In this document: in pieces, positions 1-12,500 of the stretch | How the letters are laid out: each line of letters starts with the position of its first letter | Position numbering within the stretch: the stretch's first letter is position 1 | NCBI GenBank assembly: GCA_964247055.1 | Contig: OZ176053.1 | Coordinates: forward strand, 9,114,001-9,178,000 | Source of the DNA: Paragordius varius | Taxonomy: Eukaryota; Animalia; Nematomorpha | Length of the DNA stretch: 64,000 bases | Direction: 5' to 3' | Translations under genes and position numbers: made by a program | Notes under the pieces: generated by a model | Databases searched by the model: none | The model's input: the letters and a program-made list of their open reading frames with translations, nothing else | What the model was told of the DNA's origin: nothing

Positions 1-619
1 AAAGTGATGGTTGATTGTTGTAAGGTGATGGTTGATTGTTCGAAATATTTATATTTCCATGTGTATTATTATTTGATTGTTAAAAATGATGGTTGATTGT
101 TAGAAATATTTATATTTGCATGGGTCTTATTATTTGATTGTTAAAAAGTAATGGTTGATTGTTGAAAGATGATGGTTGATTGTTCGAAATATTTATATTT
201 CCATGAGTACTATTATTTGATTGTTCAAAAGTCATGGTTGATTGTTGGAAATATTTATATTAGCATGGGTAATATAATTTGATTGATGAAAAGTGATGGT
301 TGATTGTTGGCAATATTTATATTAGCATGGGTAATATTTTTTGATTGTTGAAAAGTGATGGTTGATTGTTGGAAATATTTATATTGGCATGGGTAATATT
401 CCATGATTGTTGAAAAGTGATGGTTGATTGTTTTTATATTTGCATGGGTAATATTATTTGATTGCTGAAAAGTGATGGTTGATTGTTATAAATATTTATA
501 TTAGCATGGGTAATTTTATTTTGTTGAAAGGTGATTGTTGATTGTTAGAAATATTTATATTAGCATGGGTAACTTTATTTTGTTGAAAAGTGATGGTTGA
601 TTGTTCGAAATATTTATAT
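1..619. repeat. Degenerate tandem minisatellite, unit about 58-62 bp (GAAAAGTGATGGTTGATTGTTGGAAATATTTATATTAGCATGGGTAATATTATTTGATTGTT-like), about 10 units, truncated by window start
   Basis: GTGATGGTTGATTGTT and AATATTTATATT(A/T/G)GCATGGG recur at roughly 60-bp spacing with no unique spacers. Confidence 0.9.
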
Positions 620-1913
620 TGTGAGATTTGCATTGTCTTATTTTTATATATTTATATTATATATCCATTAGTTACTCGAAATTTTGTTATCATGCAAATT
701 ATGTTCTTTTAAAAATAGTATATATAGACTACACAAAACCGAATAATATTTCAAGTTTTACTACTTATAGTTTTGTTACCTAAGTAAAGAACAATTTGGT
801 AAGAAAGTACAGTCAATGTAGTTCGTGTCAGTAAACAAGCCAAGCCTATGTAAAAACCCCACTTACCAATGGGATCCAAATGCTGCAATATGGGAACGCC
901 TACACATTGATATAGCTGGACCAGTTGACGGGTATTTTTGGTTGTTGTTGATTGATAGCGCATCAAAATGGTCGAAACCGTTTATGTTAAAACGGGTTAC
1001 TTCGGTAAATATATTGCAAAACAGCCAGGTTTGGGCTTCCGAGGACGGTAATAAGTGATAACGCTTCTTAATTCAATAATTCGTACTTTTCATCAACCCT
1101 TACAAACTTGGGAATTAAGCACGTGAGGGTAACCCTCTATCATCCTAAAAGTAGTAGGATGGTAGAAAGGTTAGTGGCGACCCTAAAGGGCAAGTACAGA
1201 AAAATAATACTACTTTATGGTCTTACCGTAACTCAATTCACACTACCACAAAAGAAACCCCCTACCAACTACTCTTTAAACGAGTCTCCCAAACACCCCT
1301 GACTTGGATTAACACAACAACAGTCTTAGACGCACCCCGTTTGAGTCGTGAATTTTCAATAGACCAACGCATAATGATGAAAAACGAACAAAGTCATGGA
1401 TGGCGAGCCGGCGATGTTTTTGATAGAACTGGTCCCCTTTCGTACAGTGTGTGGGATCAGGAAAACCAGAAGATTGTCAGAAAGCACGCGGACCAGTTGA
1501 GACACGGAGACCCACCCCCCAACTCAACTGCACCTGTCACTCAAAACAATTGTAATGATAGTAATAACGACAATAACAGTAATAATGATGGTAACTGTAT
1601 TGATAATAATAATAATAGTAACGACAATAATAATGATAAAATTATTAATAATAATAATGAAAGTAATGATAATATTAATAGCAATAATGTCAATAGTAAT
1701 GAAAATCCGCACGAGCGTCGTTACCATGAGAGAATTCGGCGGAAGCCAGTCCGGTTCTCCTAAGGATGAAGTGATGTTACATGCAAATTTGAAATATATA
1801 TTTTGGTTGTATATTATAATTTTCTGTGAGATTTGAAATGTTTTATTTTTATATTTTTGTATTATATATCCATTAGTTACTCGAAATTTTATTGTTATCA
1901 ATTATGTTCACTT
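620..1913 (+). mobile_element. Ty3/gypsy remnant A: partial LTR (620-783), degenerate integrase (about 785-1763), polypurine tract, truncated 3' LTR (1772-1913)
   Basis: CxxC (QCSSCQ); rve-type WERLHIDIAGP; VRVTLYHPKSSRMVERLV; C-terminal GPLSY..RKHADQLR and RRYHERIRRKPVRFS*; several frameshifts. AAGGATGAAG precedes TG at 1772. The LTR block (TGTGAGATTTG...CCATTAGTTACTCGAAATTTT) recurs at 620, 1826 and inverted at about 2900-2990. Confidence 0.88.
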
Positions 1914-3087
1914 TATAATTCCTTCGCTGCTTTCCAACTTTTCTCGTGTTTTTCCGACCAGTTCCAACTAACGTTCTTACTTGTTAAACTATGTATATCA
2001 CTTACAATCAATTGAAGCTTGGGTATAAATCTTTCATGGAACGTTAAAAATCCTAAAAAACTTCTTAAAGATTTTTTATCCACAGGTTTTTTAAAATCAT
2101 TGATTGCTTTTAGTTTATTCTTACAAGGACTCATACCTTTATTACTTATTTCAAATCCCAGATAACTTACTGAAGGTTCACCAATTTTTATTTTATCTTT
2201 TCTTAATCTACCTGCTAATTCTAACCGATTTAAAACATTATTAAGAATTATTAAATGCTCCTATTCAGATTTACCAGTTACTAAAACATCATCCTAATAT
2301 GCACAAGTGCCGGGACAATCTTTTATTACCTGGTCCATGACTAGTGAAAAATTATTGGTGCTGTTGACTGTCCGAAAGGCATCCTTTTGTAGCGGAAACA
2401 TCCTCTTTGGGTTGAAATTGTAGAGGGTGTTGCGACTCTTTAGCCATCGGCCTGGGGAGGTAAGCGTCTTACAGATCAATATTTGGCTCAATGTAACAGC
2501 CTAATTCCTCTTTAAATAGATTGGGAAAATTTTCAATAATTTTATTAATTTTAAAAAAAAATTAATTAGTGCTTTAGGAATGTCGATGATGAATCTCGTG
2601 ATCCAATCCAAGCCACAAATAGGTGCCATTGACATTTTTTCTTTCAATACACAACATTCTGCCTCCCCCAAGTTTTGCCCATTTATTTGCACTGTTACTG
2701 TTGTTATGCCCAGTAGTGGCACTATACTATTAATGTAGGCTTTTACTGGCGGTATGGGTCTAATATTTGGCTTGCCAACTTGTTTCCAGGTTTTAAAGCT
2801 GACGTCTTGCCCACCAGATGTAAAAGGTAACAAAAGTATAAGTCGTAAAACTTGAAAGATATTTATTCGGTTTTTTGTATTCTATATATACTATTTTTAA
2901 GTGAACATAATTTGCATGATAACAATAAAATTTCGAGTAACTAATGGATATATATTACAAAAATATAAAAATAAGACAATGCAAATCTCACAAAAAACTA
3001 TAGCATACATACAAATTATATATTTAAAATTTGCTAACAGACGCACATGCATGTTAAAATTATAACTATTAAAAAGTATAACTATCA
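1913..3087 (-). mobile_element. Ty3/gypsy remnant B: 5' LTR (3087-2819, TG...CA), PBS (TGGTGG 2816-2811), gag-deleted protease and RT fragments
   Basis: Protease-like SFKTWKQVGKP...LLG...APICGLDWI; RT VMDQVIKDCPGTCAY*DDVLVTG (YLDD broken by TAG); thumb region KKSLRSFLGFLTFHERFIPKL...WNWSEKHEK. Confidence 0.88.
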
Positions 3088-3149
3088 CGAAATTTTAATA
3101 AATTGACATTATTTGTAATTCGACGATATATTTTTAATTCAACGATATA

Positions 3150-3782
3150 TTCTTTAGAAACTAATAAACCTATGCCATATGAGCTTATTTAAAGTTCATA
3201 ATATTACCCGTAACTAGGTAAAAATTAAGGTCAGGCCTTTTTTTGTTAGCCGTTAATTTGGGGCCTTACCCCTAAAATTACACCATAATATAACGATTAT
3301 TTAGTGTTGAGGTATTTTTTCGAATAACCCATGAGACGATGGTTTCAAAGATAATTCCAAATATCCCTATAAAGGCAAAAAATTTAACTTAGCGCTTTTT
3401 CCATATAGGCCTATCGGTAGGGGTCTACCGGTTTAAAACTGAGACGCCATACAAAAATGACGTAGCTTTGGAGCTAATTTTCAAAAAATTTAAGAAGCCA
3501 TACGAATTCAATAAAGGCTTTAAATATTACCCATAAAAAGGTAAAAATTATAGTATAGCGGTTTTTTCCGTTAGCCGTCAATTTGGGGCCTTTACACAAG
3601 TAAACAATATTTTAGTATGAATGCACTGTTTTGAAAATCCTATGACATCATAGCTATTAAATAATGTTTCGAAATAATCCACATATGTGGATCATTTTTT
3701 GTCCCTTTTTTCAAATAGCCCTTCTCCCCCAGAAGTCCGAAGGACTTCCTCGGGTTGCATAGCAGCACGAGATTTACGCTAG
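3150..3782 (+). mobile_element. Non-autonomous Helitron, 5'-truncated copy
   Basis: 3' end: GAAGTCC-GAA-GGACTTC hairpin, GTTGC-ATA-GCAGC hairpin, then ...TTTACGCTAG|T. Similar to the copies at 36217-39615, 10609-10920 and 60664-61264. Start coordinate approximate. Confidence 0.75.
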
Positions 3783-4927
3783 TATATATATACAATATTT
3801 TGTTTTGTTTGATTTGCGATTTAATAAACTAACAGAAATAATAAATACAGTTTAAAGTCTCTTTTTTCCTTTATTATATTGGAATGTAAAGAATTAAATT
3901 GTTATCACTGTCAGCCTTGGGCAGTCGAGTGTTAAAAAACTAAAAGAGATGCTGCCAAAAAAGTATGAGATTAAAATTTGACACTTTTGGTTCAATATTT
4001 TAAATACTTTTTTAAATGTTCGAATTTGAAATTATTGGGGCGAATAAACCACCGCAAAAGTACTGAACTCTAAGCATTCATTGACTTTTATAAATAGTTT
4101 GATATCGCAGAGCGATTTGAAAATTGAATATCTTAAAAAGTATTTAATCTATTAAGCCGAATTTAATAATATGGTTTTTTGGCATTTTAGGCGCTTGATT
4201 AAAAATTTGTTTACAAATATAAAATTGTAAAAAATCCTTATCTCAAACTTTTAGCCGCCAAATTTCTATTTTCAAATATTTTAAATCGTTAATACAATAG
4301 GCAAATAAATATATACGGTTGGAAAATACAAAAAATTACCTCTAAAAAGTTTCCAGGCTACAATTTACCAAATCAGCTGTTTTTTCGATCTTGTTTTGGA
4401 GCTGTCCCAATTTTAGACTCTGGAAGTTACAAAACTGTAAAAAGTATAAGCTTTTGTATCTAAAATAAGGTATAGTGTGATGAAAAGCCACACTTGACTG
4501 TAAATCAAGCATCGCGAATCGAGCAATTTTACTTAAGCCACCAAGTGTACACCTGAAGATCGGTGATAACAATACACTTAAGTCAAGTCTTTGTTTATAA
4601 ATGTAACATTTATATAGCCTTCTTTTGAGGGAAAATTAAGACCCCTAATTTTAAATTTGAACGTCTAACAAAGTTAATAAATTTTTGATAAAATTAAGGA
4701 CCCTTAAAGTTAAATATAGACGATATTTTGCAGAAAGGTATTTAAAGTAGTAAGCCAAATCCAAAAATAAGCTTTATTTAGCTTTTTAGGCGCATGATCT
4801 ATTTTTAAATTGTAAAAAAATCGTCGGAAAATCTTTCGCCTATTTTTTTATTTGAACTTTTTGGAATCACTAATTTAACAGGCATAAATATATATTTTGA
4901 TTAGAAAATGTAAAGATTTAACTTTAA

Positions 4928-6451
4928 CACTTCGATTCAAATTGGGTAGCTAAATGCCCCAGATAATATTAAAGTTGATATTTTTAAAAAACTGAAAGAA
5001 ACGGTTCAAATTTAAATTTATGCTACTATCCTAATAAAAACTATATAAATAGGTCAAAATATCTAAAATTTAGTTTTTTAAAAAATCCACCTGAAACTAT
5101 TTAGGCGCCATTTTTATTATGCAATGTTTATTTGATTTTAAGGTAAAATCAATTTTACTCTTTTATTAAAATTACAATTAACCTTAATATATAGAGAAAA
5201 ATGGTATATTTTATAAATTTAGCTAACGCACACATGCCATGTAGGCTAAACTTTTATATTTGTGTTTTAACTCTGATTAAGTTATTAAGTATTTTCGAAT
5301 GAATTTTTTTACATTTCCGTTCATTAATGTTATATAATGCATTTGCCAATTTATTCCATATTTTCAAATTTAATTTTAAACAAGCCTGGGAATATACAAC
5401 TACCCCAATTTGAATCAAATGGCTGAATAAATGTGTTGCATCCAAATTTAAAAAGCTCTCAGAATGCATTTTATCATCAAGTGATTGTCATCTGTGTCAA
5501 AGTGTTTTAGAGCTGTCCCACTAAATGTAAAAAATATGAGTTTTTTTGTAGTACACGAGAAAGATGTTTGGTGATTGAATTTTAACTAAAATAAGTTTCG
5601 TAGTGGTTTATTCAAGATTGCTGGGATATAAAACTATCCCCAAACGTCATCGCGAAACACGTTGTATTTTCCCGACTAAATATAAGCCCTCGTTTTCTTT
5701 GATCTGCGAGCCTTAAATAAAAAGCTTCTTAAGGCCAATTTGTTTGTCAAATCCTGCAAACAATAAGTCAACAAAAGTTTAAAAAATGGAGGCTTTAAAA
5801 ATAATTTTTAAATTATGCATAAAATACTTATATCACAAATATATACCAATTTAATTACAAAAGTGCTTTATCTTTTTTAACACTTGGATACAACACATTC
5901 CTTTTAGTCCTTCGATTCAAATTGAGGTAGTTAATTACCCCAGGCCTGTTTAAAATTATCTTTAAAAAATATGGAAGAAATCGAAACCATGTCAAAATTT
6001 TGCACTTATATAACATAAATAAACCGATATTTATAAAAACATTTATTTAAAAATACTTGATATTACGTATTTTAAGATAAAACCAAAAGGTAAAAATTTA
6101 GTCAACGCGGCATGTGAGCTAAAATTGACAAATAATATGAAATATACCGCTCTTTCTATTTCTATCAATGTTTGATGCAATTTAAATTAAAAATTAGCTT
6201 TAATTTTACCCTTAAAATTAAATGAAGACGATATTTCACAAAAATTTTGTAAAATAAAAATGGCGTCGAAATAGTTTGACATGGAACTTTTTTTAAAAAA
6301 CAAAACTTTATTTAGAAATTCTGGCATATTTATATATTTTTTATTAGGATAGAAGCATAAATTTAAATTGGGACCGTTTCATTCAGTAGTTTTTTAAAAA
6401 TCCTAATTTAAATTTAGTCTGGGGTATTTAGCCCCAATTTGAATCGAAGTG
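4928..6451. mobile_element. Two inverted copies (about 4928-5425 and 5908-6451) of a roughly 500-bp piggyBac-like MITE; outer ends flanked by TTAA
   Basis: TTAA|CACTTCGATTCAAATTGGG at 4924-4946 and CCCAATTTGAATCGAAGTG|TTAA at 6433-6455. Related termini at about 5385-5420 and 5910-5945. 4960-5260 is a diverged reverse complement of about 6100-6430. Confidence 0.65.
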
Positions 6452-6549
6452 TTAATTACAATATATTTTTTGATCTTCCTACAGTTTGTCATTTTTACTT
6501 TTCCCTATTTGTATTGTTTTGGAGTGCGGTTATTTCGAATTTGAATAAA

Positions 6550-9500
6550 ATGTCTAGAAATGGAGAAAAGCAACAAAACTTTACACCACGATCGTACCAG
6601 GTATATAATTTAAATTATTTAAGCTTGAATTACTATCAAAAGCGAAAAAGAAAAATACAATAGCCTTTTTAAATACGGGAACTGGAAAAACATACATAAG
6701 CATACTATTAATTATGGACAAATCAGAGGAAATTAGAATAAGTTGGGAAAAAGGTGGAAAACGAACGTTTTTTATTGTTAATTCAGGTTAGTTTGTGATT
6801 TATTTTTAGTTCCGCTGGTTCATCAACAAGGAAATTATATAAGGGAATTTACTTCTTTAAGGGTTGGATTGTTTACAGGTTCTATGGCTGTTGATTTATG
6901 GACATCAGATGAATGGAGTCAGCAATTTATTAAATATGAAGTAATCCTACTCTATTCTTTTATATCAAAGCCTGATTTTTTATTTAATATCTATGTCCAC
7001 AATGAAGGATTCCATAATTCCTCCTTGATATAAAAATAATTTTCTCTAAATTTACCAAGTATTGTTGAATAAAATTTTTTATATATTTCGGTTTATTAAT
7101 GTTATATAAGTGCAAATATTGCCATAGTTTCGATGATTTAGTCTTTTTTATGAATCTAATCATACTTAAAGTAAATTTTTGGTAGAAACGCAATCTATTT
7201 TGTATTTTAATACTATGCAGCCTTTTTGTTAACCCACATGTTCCTTATTTATGCCTTTTTTATCTTAGGTTTTAGTCATGACGGCTCAAATTTTTTTAAA
7301 CATTTTGAATCACGGCTTCCTCAAACTATCTCGTGTTAATCTTATTGTATTTGATGAGTGTCATCACGCAATCAAAAATCACCCATACAAAAAAATTATG
7401 GAGCTAGTTATGGATGAAAGCTTTTGCGTTCCGGCCAATAGGCCACACATTTTAGGGTTAACAGCCAGTGTTATTAATAAAAAATGTGACCATAGCAAAA
7501 TTGATGATAATATAAAGCGTTTGGAATTAACTATGAATAGTAGTGTGGAAACAACAGAAAATCGAGTAGATATTAACAAGTACAATAATCGACCCAAGGA
7601 GTTAGTTTACGTGTACCAAACGGTTACACATGCATTTTATGGTTGGATCAATGAATATATCATAGGTTATTAGTAGTTATTTAAATTTCATATACAGAGT
7701 CTTGCTGATATATAACGTCGAGGGTTGCTTTATATATGCAATGATTTCCTTTGTTATTAATTAACCAATTAATAATCCTTACTACGAATGGTTTTGATTT
7801 TGTTTATCTATTAAATGCTTCATTTATGTTTCTGATGGGATTTATACGTTTTTTGAAATCTTGTTATTAACTCATTGATTTTCTATGATATTATAATTTT
7901 TAATTTAAATAGATTTCGAACATATACGTTATAAAAATGATTAATAGTTATTGATTGTTATTTGGTTCTCTTTTGCGATTTTATCCGTCGTTTGGGCAAA
8001 AATTCTCTAATTTTAAAAATGAGTTGATAAAGGAGGTTTTGTTAAAATTATACGCAACTTCAGCTTTGATGCAAATTATCAAAGAAATTTATATAAGCCT
8101 TAGATTATTTTTTTAACGCGGTATATTTGGTAAACTCTAAATATTTAGAGAATATTTTATAGTAAAACAATTAAAAATTTTTGCCCCAAAATAACAAAAA
8201 TATAATTTAAATTTATAGCCAAAGTGTACTTTTTAGCTTGTTATTTCCAGGACTCTCACAAATAATCTAGATAAAACATTTTGCATTTAGAATTATCTTA
8301 ATGACAAAATTACAAATAACATTTCTTTTCCCTCGATTATATCTATTTTTATTCGACTTTATAAATTTTAGCTAATAGTTAAAAAATTGAAATATGTTTT
8401 CTATTATTTTAACGGTATTTATTATTTTCATATTTATAATCCCCTGCTTTTACCTATGAAATGATAAAAAAACAATTATTTCATGTACCGATTTTTATAG
8501 CACAGTATAATTGATTATCCTTCGTTTTTCCATTATTCAAAAATTGTTTTTTTAAATATTTAATTGTAATTTAATGTAAATTTCTGTACATATCATAAAT
8601 TAATGATTCATGTTTACAAAAACTAGTTTATGGTTAATGCATAACTTTGAATTAATTTAATCATAACTCGATATTAAACCATATATCTATTATGTAGCAA
8701 TGTTAAAAAAAGGTCTAGTCAATTTTTATCCCCCAACAATAACGAATAATGATGCGGTACAAAAGAAAAAGTTTATTGAAGATTTTAGATTGCTAAAAAG
8801 CAATAAATTTACACTCCATATCACGATATTGAATTATCTCATAAACATCGCCAACTCATATGGTCCATGGTGTGCATTAATGGTAAATTCTATCATTTTA
8901 AAATATTTCTAGGATATTTTATGATTATAAAATCATTTTATTAGGAAACACAAATAATATATGCACAGACAAAATTAATTTATTACACATTCATGTTTTT
9001 TTCTCTGGCGGCATATCAATGACTTTTTGTATTAAATACAGTCATGTAGACTTTATTTTGTTAAAAATTTACTTTTTTTCGTTAATAGGGTATTAATATT
9101 TGGTTAAGAATATAAAAACAAGAGCTATATGGTATACCATATCATATTCTTTAAAAAAGAAAAAGAAGTGTGGGGGAAGGGCGTCAGAAATCTTTGGTTA
9201 AAAATGAAAATACACTAACTTCTTACCCTTCACTTAAAATTATTGTATAAAAGGGTTAGGAAAATCGTAATTTTTATCTCAATTATAATTTTTTTGTTTT
9301 GATATGGGAACGATTTAAAATATGCTATATTAAATAATCATAAAATTAAATTCTTTAAAAAATATATCAAAACTATTGTAAAATTTTCCACTTTTATAAC
9401 ATTAATAAACATAAATATATAAAAAATTTATTCAAAAATACTTGATATTAGTTATTTTAAGCTAACAAATAGTAAAAATTTAGTCAACGTGTGTGAATGG

Positions 9501-12500
9501 TAAAATTGAAAAAATAATACAAATAAACCGCTTTATCCATTTCTATCAATGTAAGATGTAATTAAATTAAATTTAATTTTACCCTTAACACTTAATGAAG
9601 ACTACATTTTGCAAATATTTTGTAAAATAAAAATGGCGTCGAAGTTGTTTCACATGTAACTTTTTTTTTCCAAACAAAATTTTATTTAGATATTTTGGCA
9701 TATTTATATAATTTTTATTAGGAAAGAAGCATAAATTTAAATTGGGACCGTTTCTTTAACTAGTTTATTAAAAATACTAACTCAAATTTAGTCTGGGGTA
9801 TATTTGGATACCTCATTTTAGGTGTTAAATAAAAATTTTATCAAAAAAATTAATATATAAAATTTTGGAAAAAATTATCAAAAATATTACCATTCCCCTC
9901 AATATTAAAGATTTTCATTTTTTACCAAAGATTTCTGACGCCCTTCCCCCCCACTTCTTTTACTTTTTTAAAGAATATGATATGATATATATAGCTCTTG
10001 TTTTTATATTCTTTACCAAATATTAATAACCAATTAACGAAAAAAAGTAAATCTTTAACAAAATAAAGTCTACATGACTGTAAATTATCTGTGGTGTGTG
10101 TGTGTGTCTGATAATAAAAATGCATATTACTAATTTAATTAAATGATTTATATGTTTAAATTGCAATAATATCACCTAGTAATTAAATTTGATTCTTGAT
10201 TTTTATTACATTTGTGTTCCTTTTTATAAAAAAAATTAATGGTAAAGAATTCAAACTGGTGTAGATATTTTTATTATAAAAATCAATTGTAATATAGGGT
10301 TAGATAAAAGGCGTACACATAAACCAAGCTATGTAAAATGAAAGGGACCATTATTTATTCAATATGCCAGTAATGACCCACTTAGTTGAACTTCTGTTCC
10401 ATTATTCTGTTTACCCAATAATTTTCATCGAATTAATGTTAGGCCCAATTAGATCTTAGTATTTTTTGGTAGCTAAAAATTTCATTCTTTATTTTTATGA
10501 CAAACTTTGATCTGTATTATCTCAGTATGCGATTTTTTGATGACCCTTTTATGGTTTTAGTTTTTGTAAAATGTTTACATGAATTTATGGTTATTTTAAT
10601 CTTTGGTATCTATATATTTATAAAAATGGAAAATGCTGGTTTTGTGATCTGTTTCCGGAAAACCGGTCATTCAAATCCAAATATCGAAAAAATATAGTTA
10701 ATGAATGCCCCGAAATTAAAATCTATTTTTTCCCCAAGTAAACAATAGATTTATGAATGCACCGTTTTAAAATTCCTATGAGATCATAGCTATTAAATAA
10801 TGTTTCGGAATAATCCACATATGTGGATCATTTTATTGTCCCTTTTTTGTAATAGCCCCCCCCCCCCTTCCCCCCCGGAAGTACGAAGGACTTCCTCGGG
10901 CTGTTTAGCAGCACGATTTACTCTTTTTATAAAATTTAGTGTTTAAATATGAGAATACAGCAGTATCATCTACATATAAAAACACCCTCCCCCCCATATT
11001 AGCATTTTATAGATTAAAGCCTGGAGAGTAGACATGCAGTTTGTATTAATCAAATTTTATAATCATGTTTTCAATTATATAATGGCTGACTAAAATTCTA
11101 ATACCATTTATTTATTTAGATCTTAGAATTTTTATTTTGGCTCTTAGTGGTCGCTTTTTTACATACCTATTCATACTTTATACACATATGTTGTATGATT
11201 GGAGGAAATTTAGAAAATTTTGTTGATTCAAAAACCAATATACAAAATTGTTTAGGCAGCCAAAATTTTCGCCCGTGACGCATGTGATATTCAATCTCGA
11301 ACCGATGACATAGATATGGTTAATGCCTATTCTAACGTTATTTCCTTCATTAATAACGTTGTAATTAAAATGAATGCCATTGTTAAAAGGAAGCTTTCTA
11401 TGCGTGAATTACTTTTGCTAAGCACTGGAAAATTGCAAACATTAATACAAATTCTCCAGACATATTCGACCAAAATTCAAGAAAATCAATCAAGTGAAGG
11501 TAATTGTAAATAGTTTAAAATTATACAAGATTTTACAATTATAATATTTTTGTCTGATAAAAAACTAATTAAGTTTTTTAAAATATTACTTTTTACTAAT
11601 ATGAACGAGTCTATTTCTTTGTATTAATTTTGGTCATTAAAGGTATTATTTTGGTTATAATATAAATTGTATATTTACAGTTTTGTTGTTAACTAATTAT
11701 TTTGATAAATATCATGAACCAATTTTTTTTGAGTTAATTTTATAAAATTTATTTTATTTTATGTGTTAGAGGGTCATCGTTTCACTGCCATTGTGTTTGT
11801 ACAAACAAGATTTACTGCTATATTGCTCAACTTGTATATTAGTATGGTTGCTAAATTGAGCGATAAACTTTCATTTTTGAAGTAATGTATATACACTCAA
11901 TATTTTTTTTCAACATAAGACGGACCGTTGAAAAATTTGAAATTACGTTTTAAATAGATGCATAAATGATGTTTTGGCCTTTGTTACATATACTGCCGTA
12001 ATTGGAAATTAATTGAGATTAATATTTACAGTTTTTATGTAAAACAATAATATTAAATCTAACCTATGTGATATTCATAAATAATTTTTATGGATTCTAG
12101 ATCGAATTAAAAGAGCTTAATGTCTTTTTTTTATAAAACAATGTATCCCTTCCGCTCTTTTTTTGAATTCATTACAAACATACTATGCATAACTATTTTA
12201 TATTTTTTATTATACAGACCCGGTTATATTATTGGACACGGAGTTCAGACAAACAAAAAAGTGTGCAAATCATCCATTATGCTCCATAAAATGCAAGAAG
12301 ATGTTCTCAATAGATTTCGTCATGGCGAACTCAACATTTTAATTGGAACAACGGTCATTGAAGAAGGGATTGACATACCAAAGTTTGTTTTGTTGTGTTA
12401 AAAATTATGATTTTCAATAAACGTTACCCTAAATAAATTTGACACATACTAGATACTATTTTAGAGTTGCGTATTTAATCTAAAAAATAACCGTTACTCT

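Noticed and set aside
1-619. CRISPR-like array (also considered for the 21-bp arrays at 56410-56770)
   Set aside because: Contiguous tandem units with no unique spacers, in a eukaryotic context without cas genes.
1524-1901. Hydrophobic Ile/Val-rich ORFs resembling membrane proteins
   Set aside because: Alternative and antisense frames of the AAT-rich repeat in the integrase tail.
4120-4900. Diverged direct repeats about 600 bp apart
   Set aside because: Too degenerate to define termini or a family; probably old TE debris.
10497-10697. Recurring [11 protein letters not shown] peptide (also 36116-36352, and antisense at 61019-61268 and 36074-36568)
   Set aside because: It is the 5' end of the non-autonomous Helitron; the frames are not conserved between copies.
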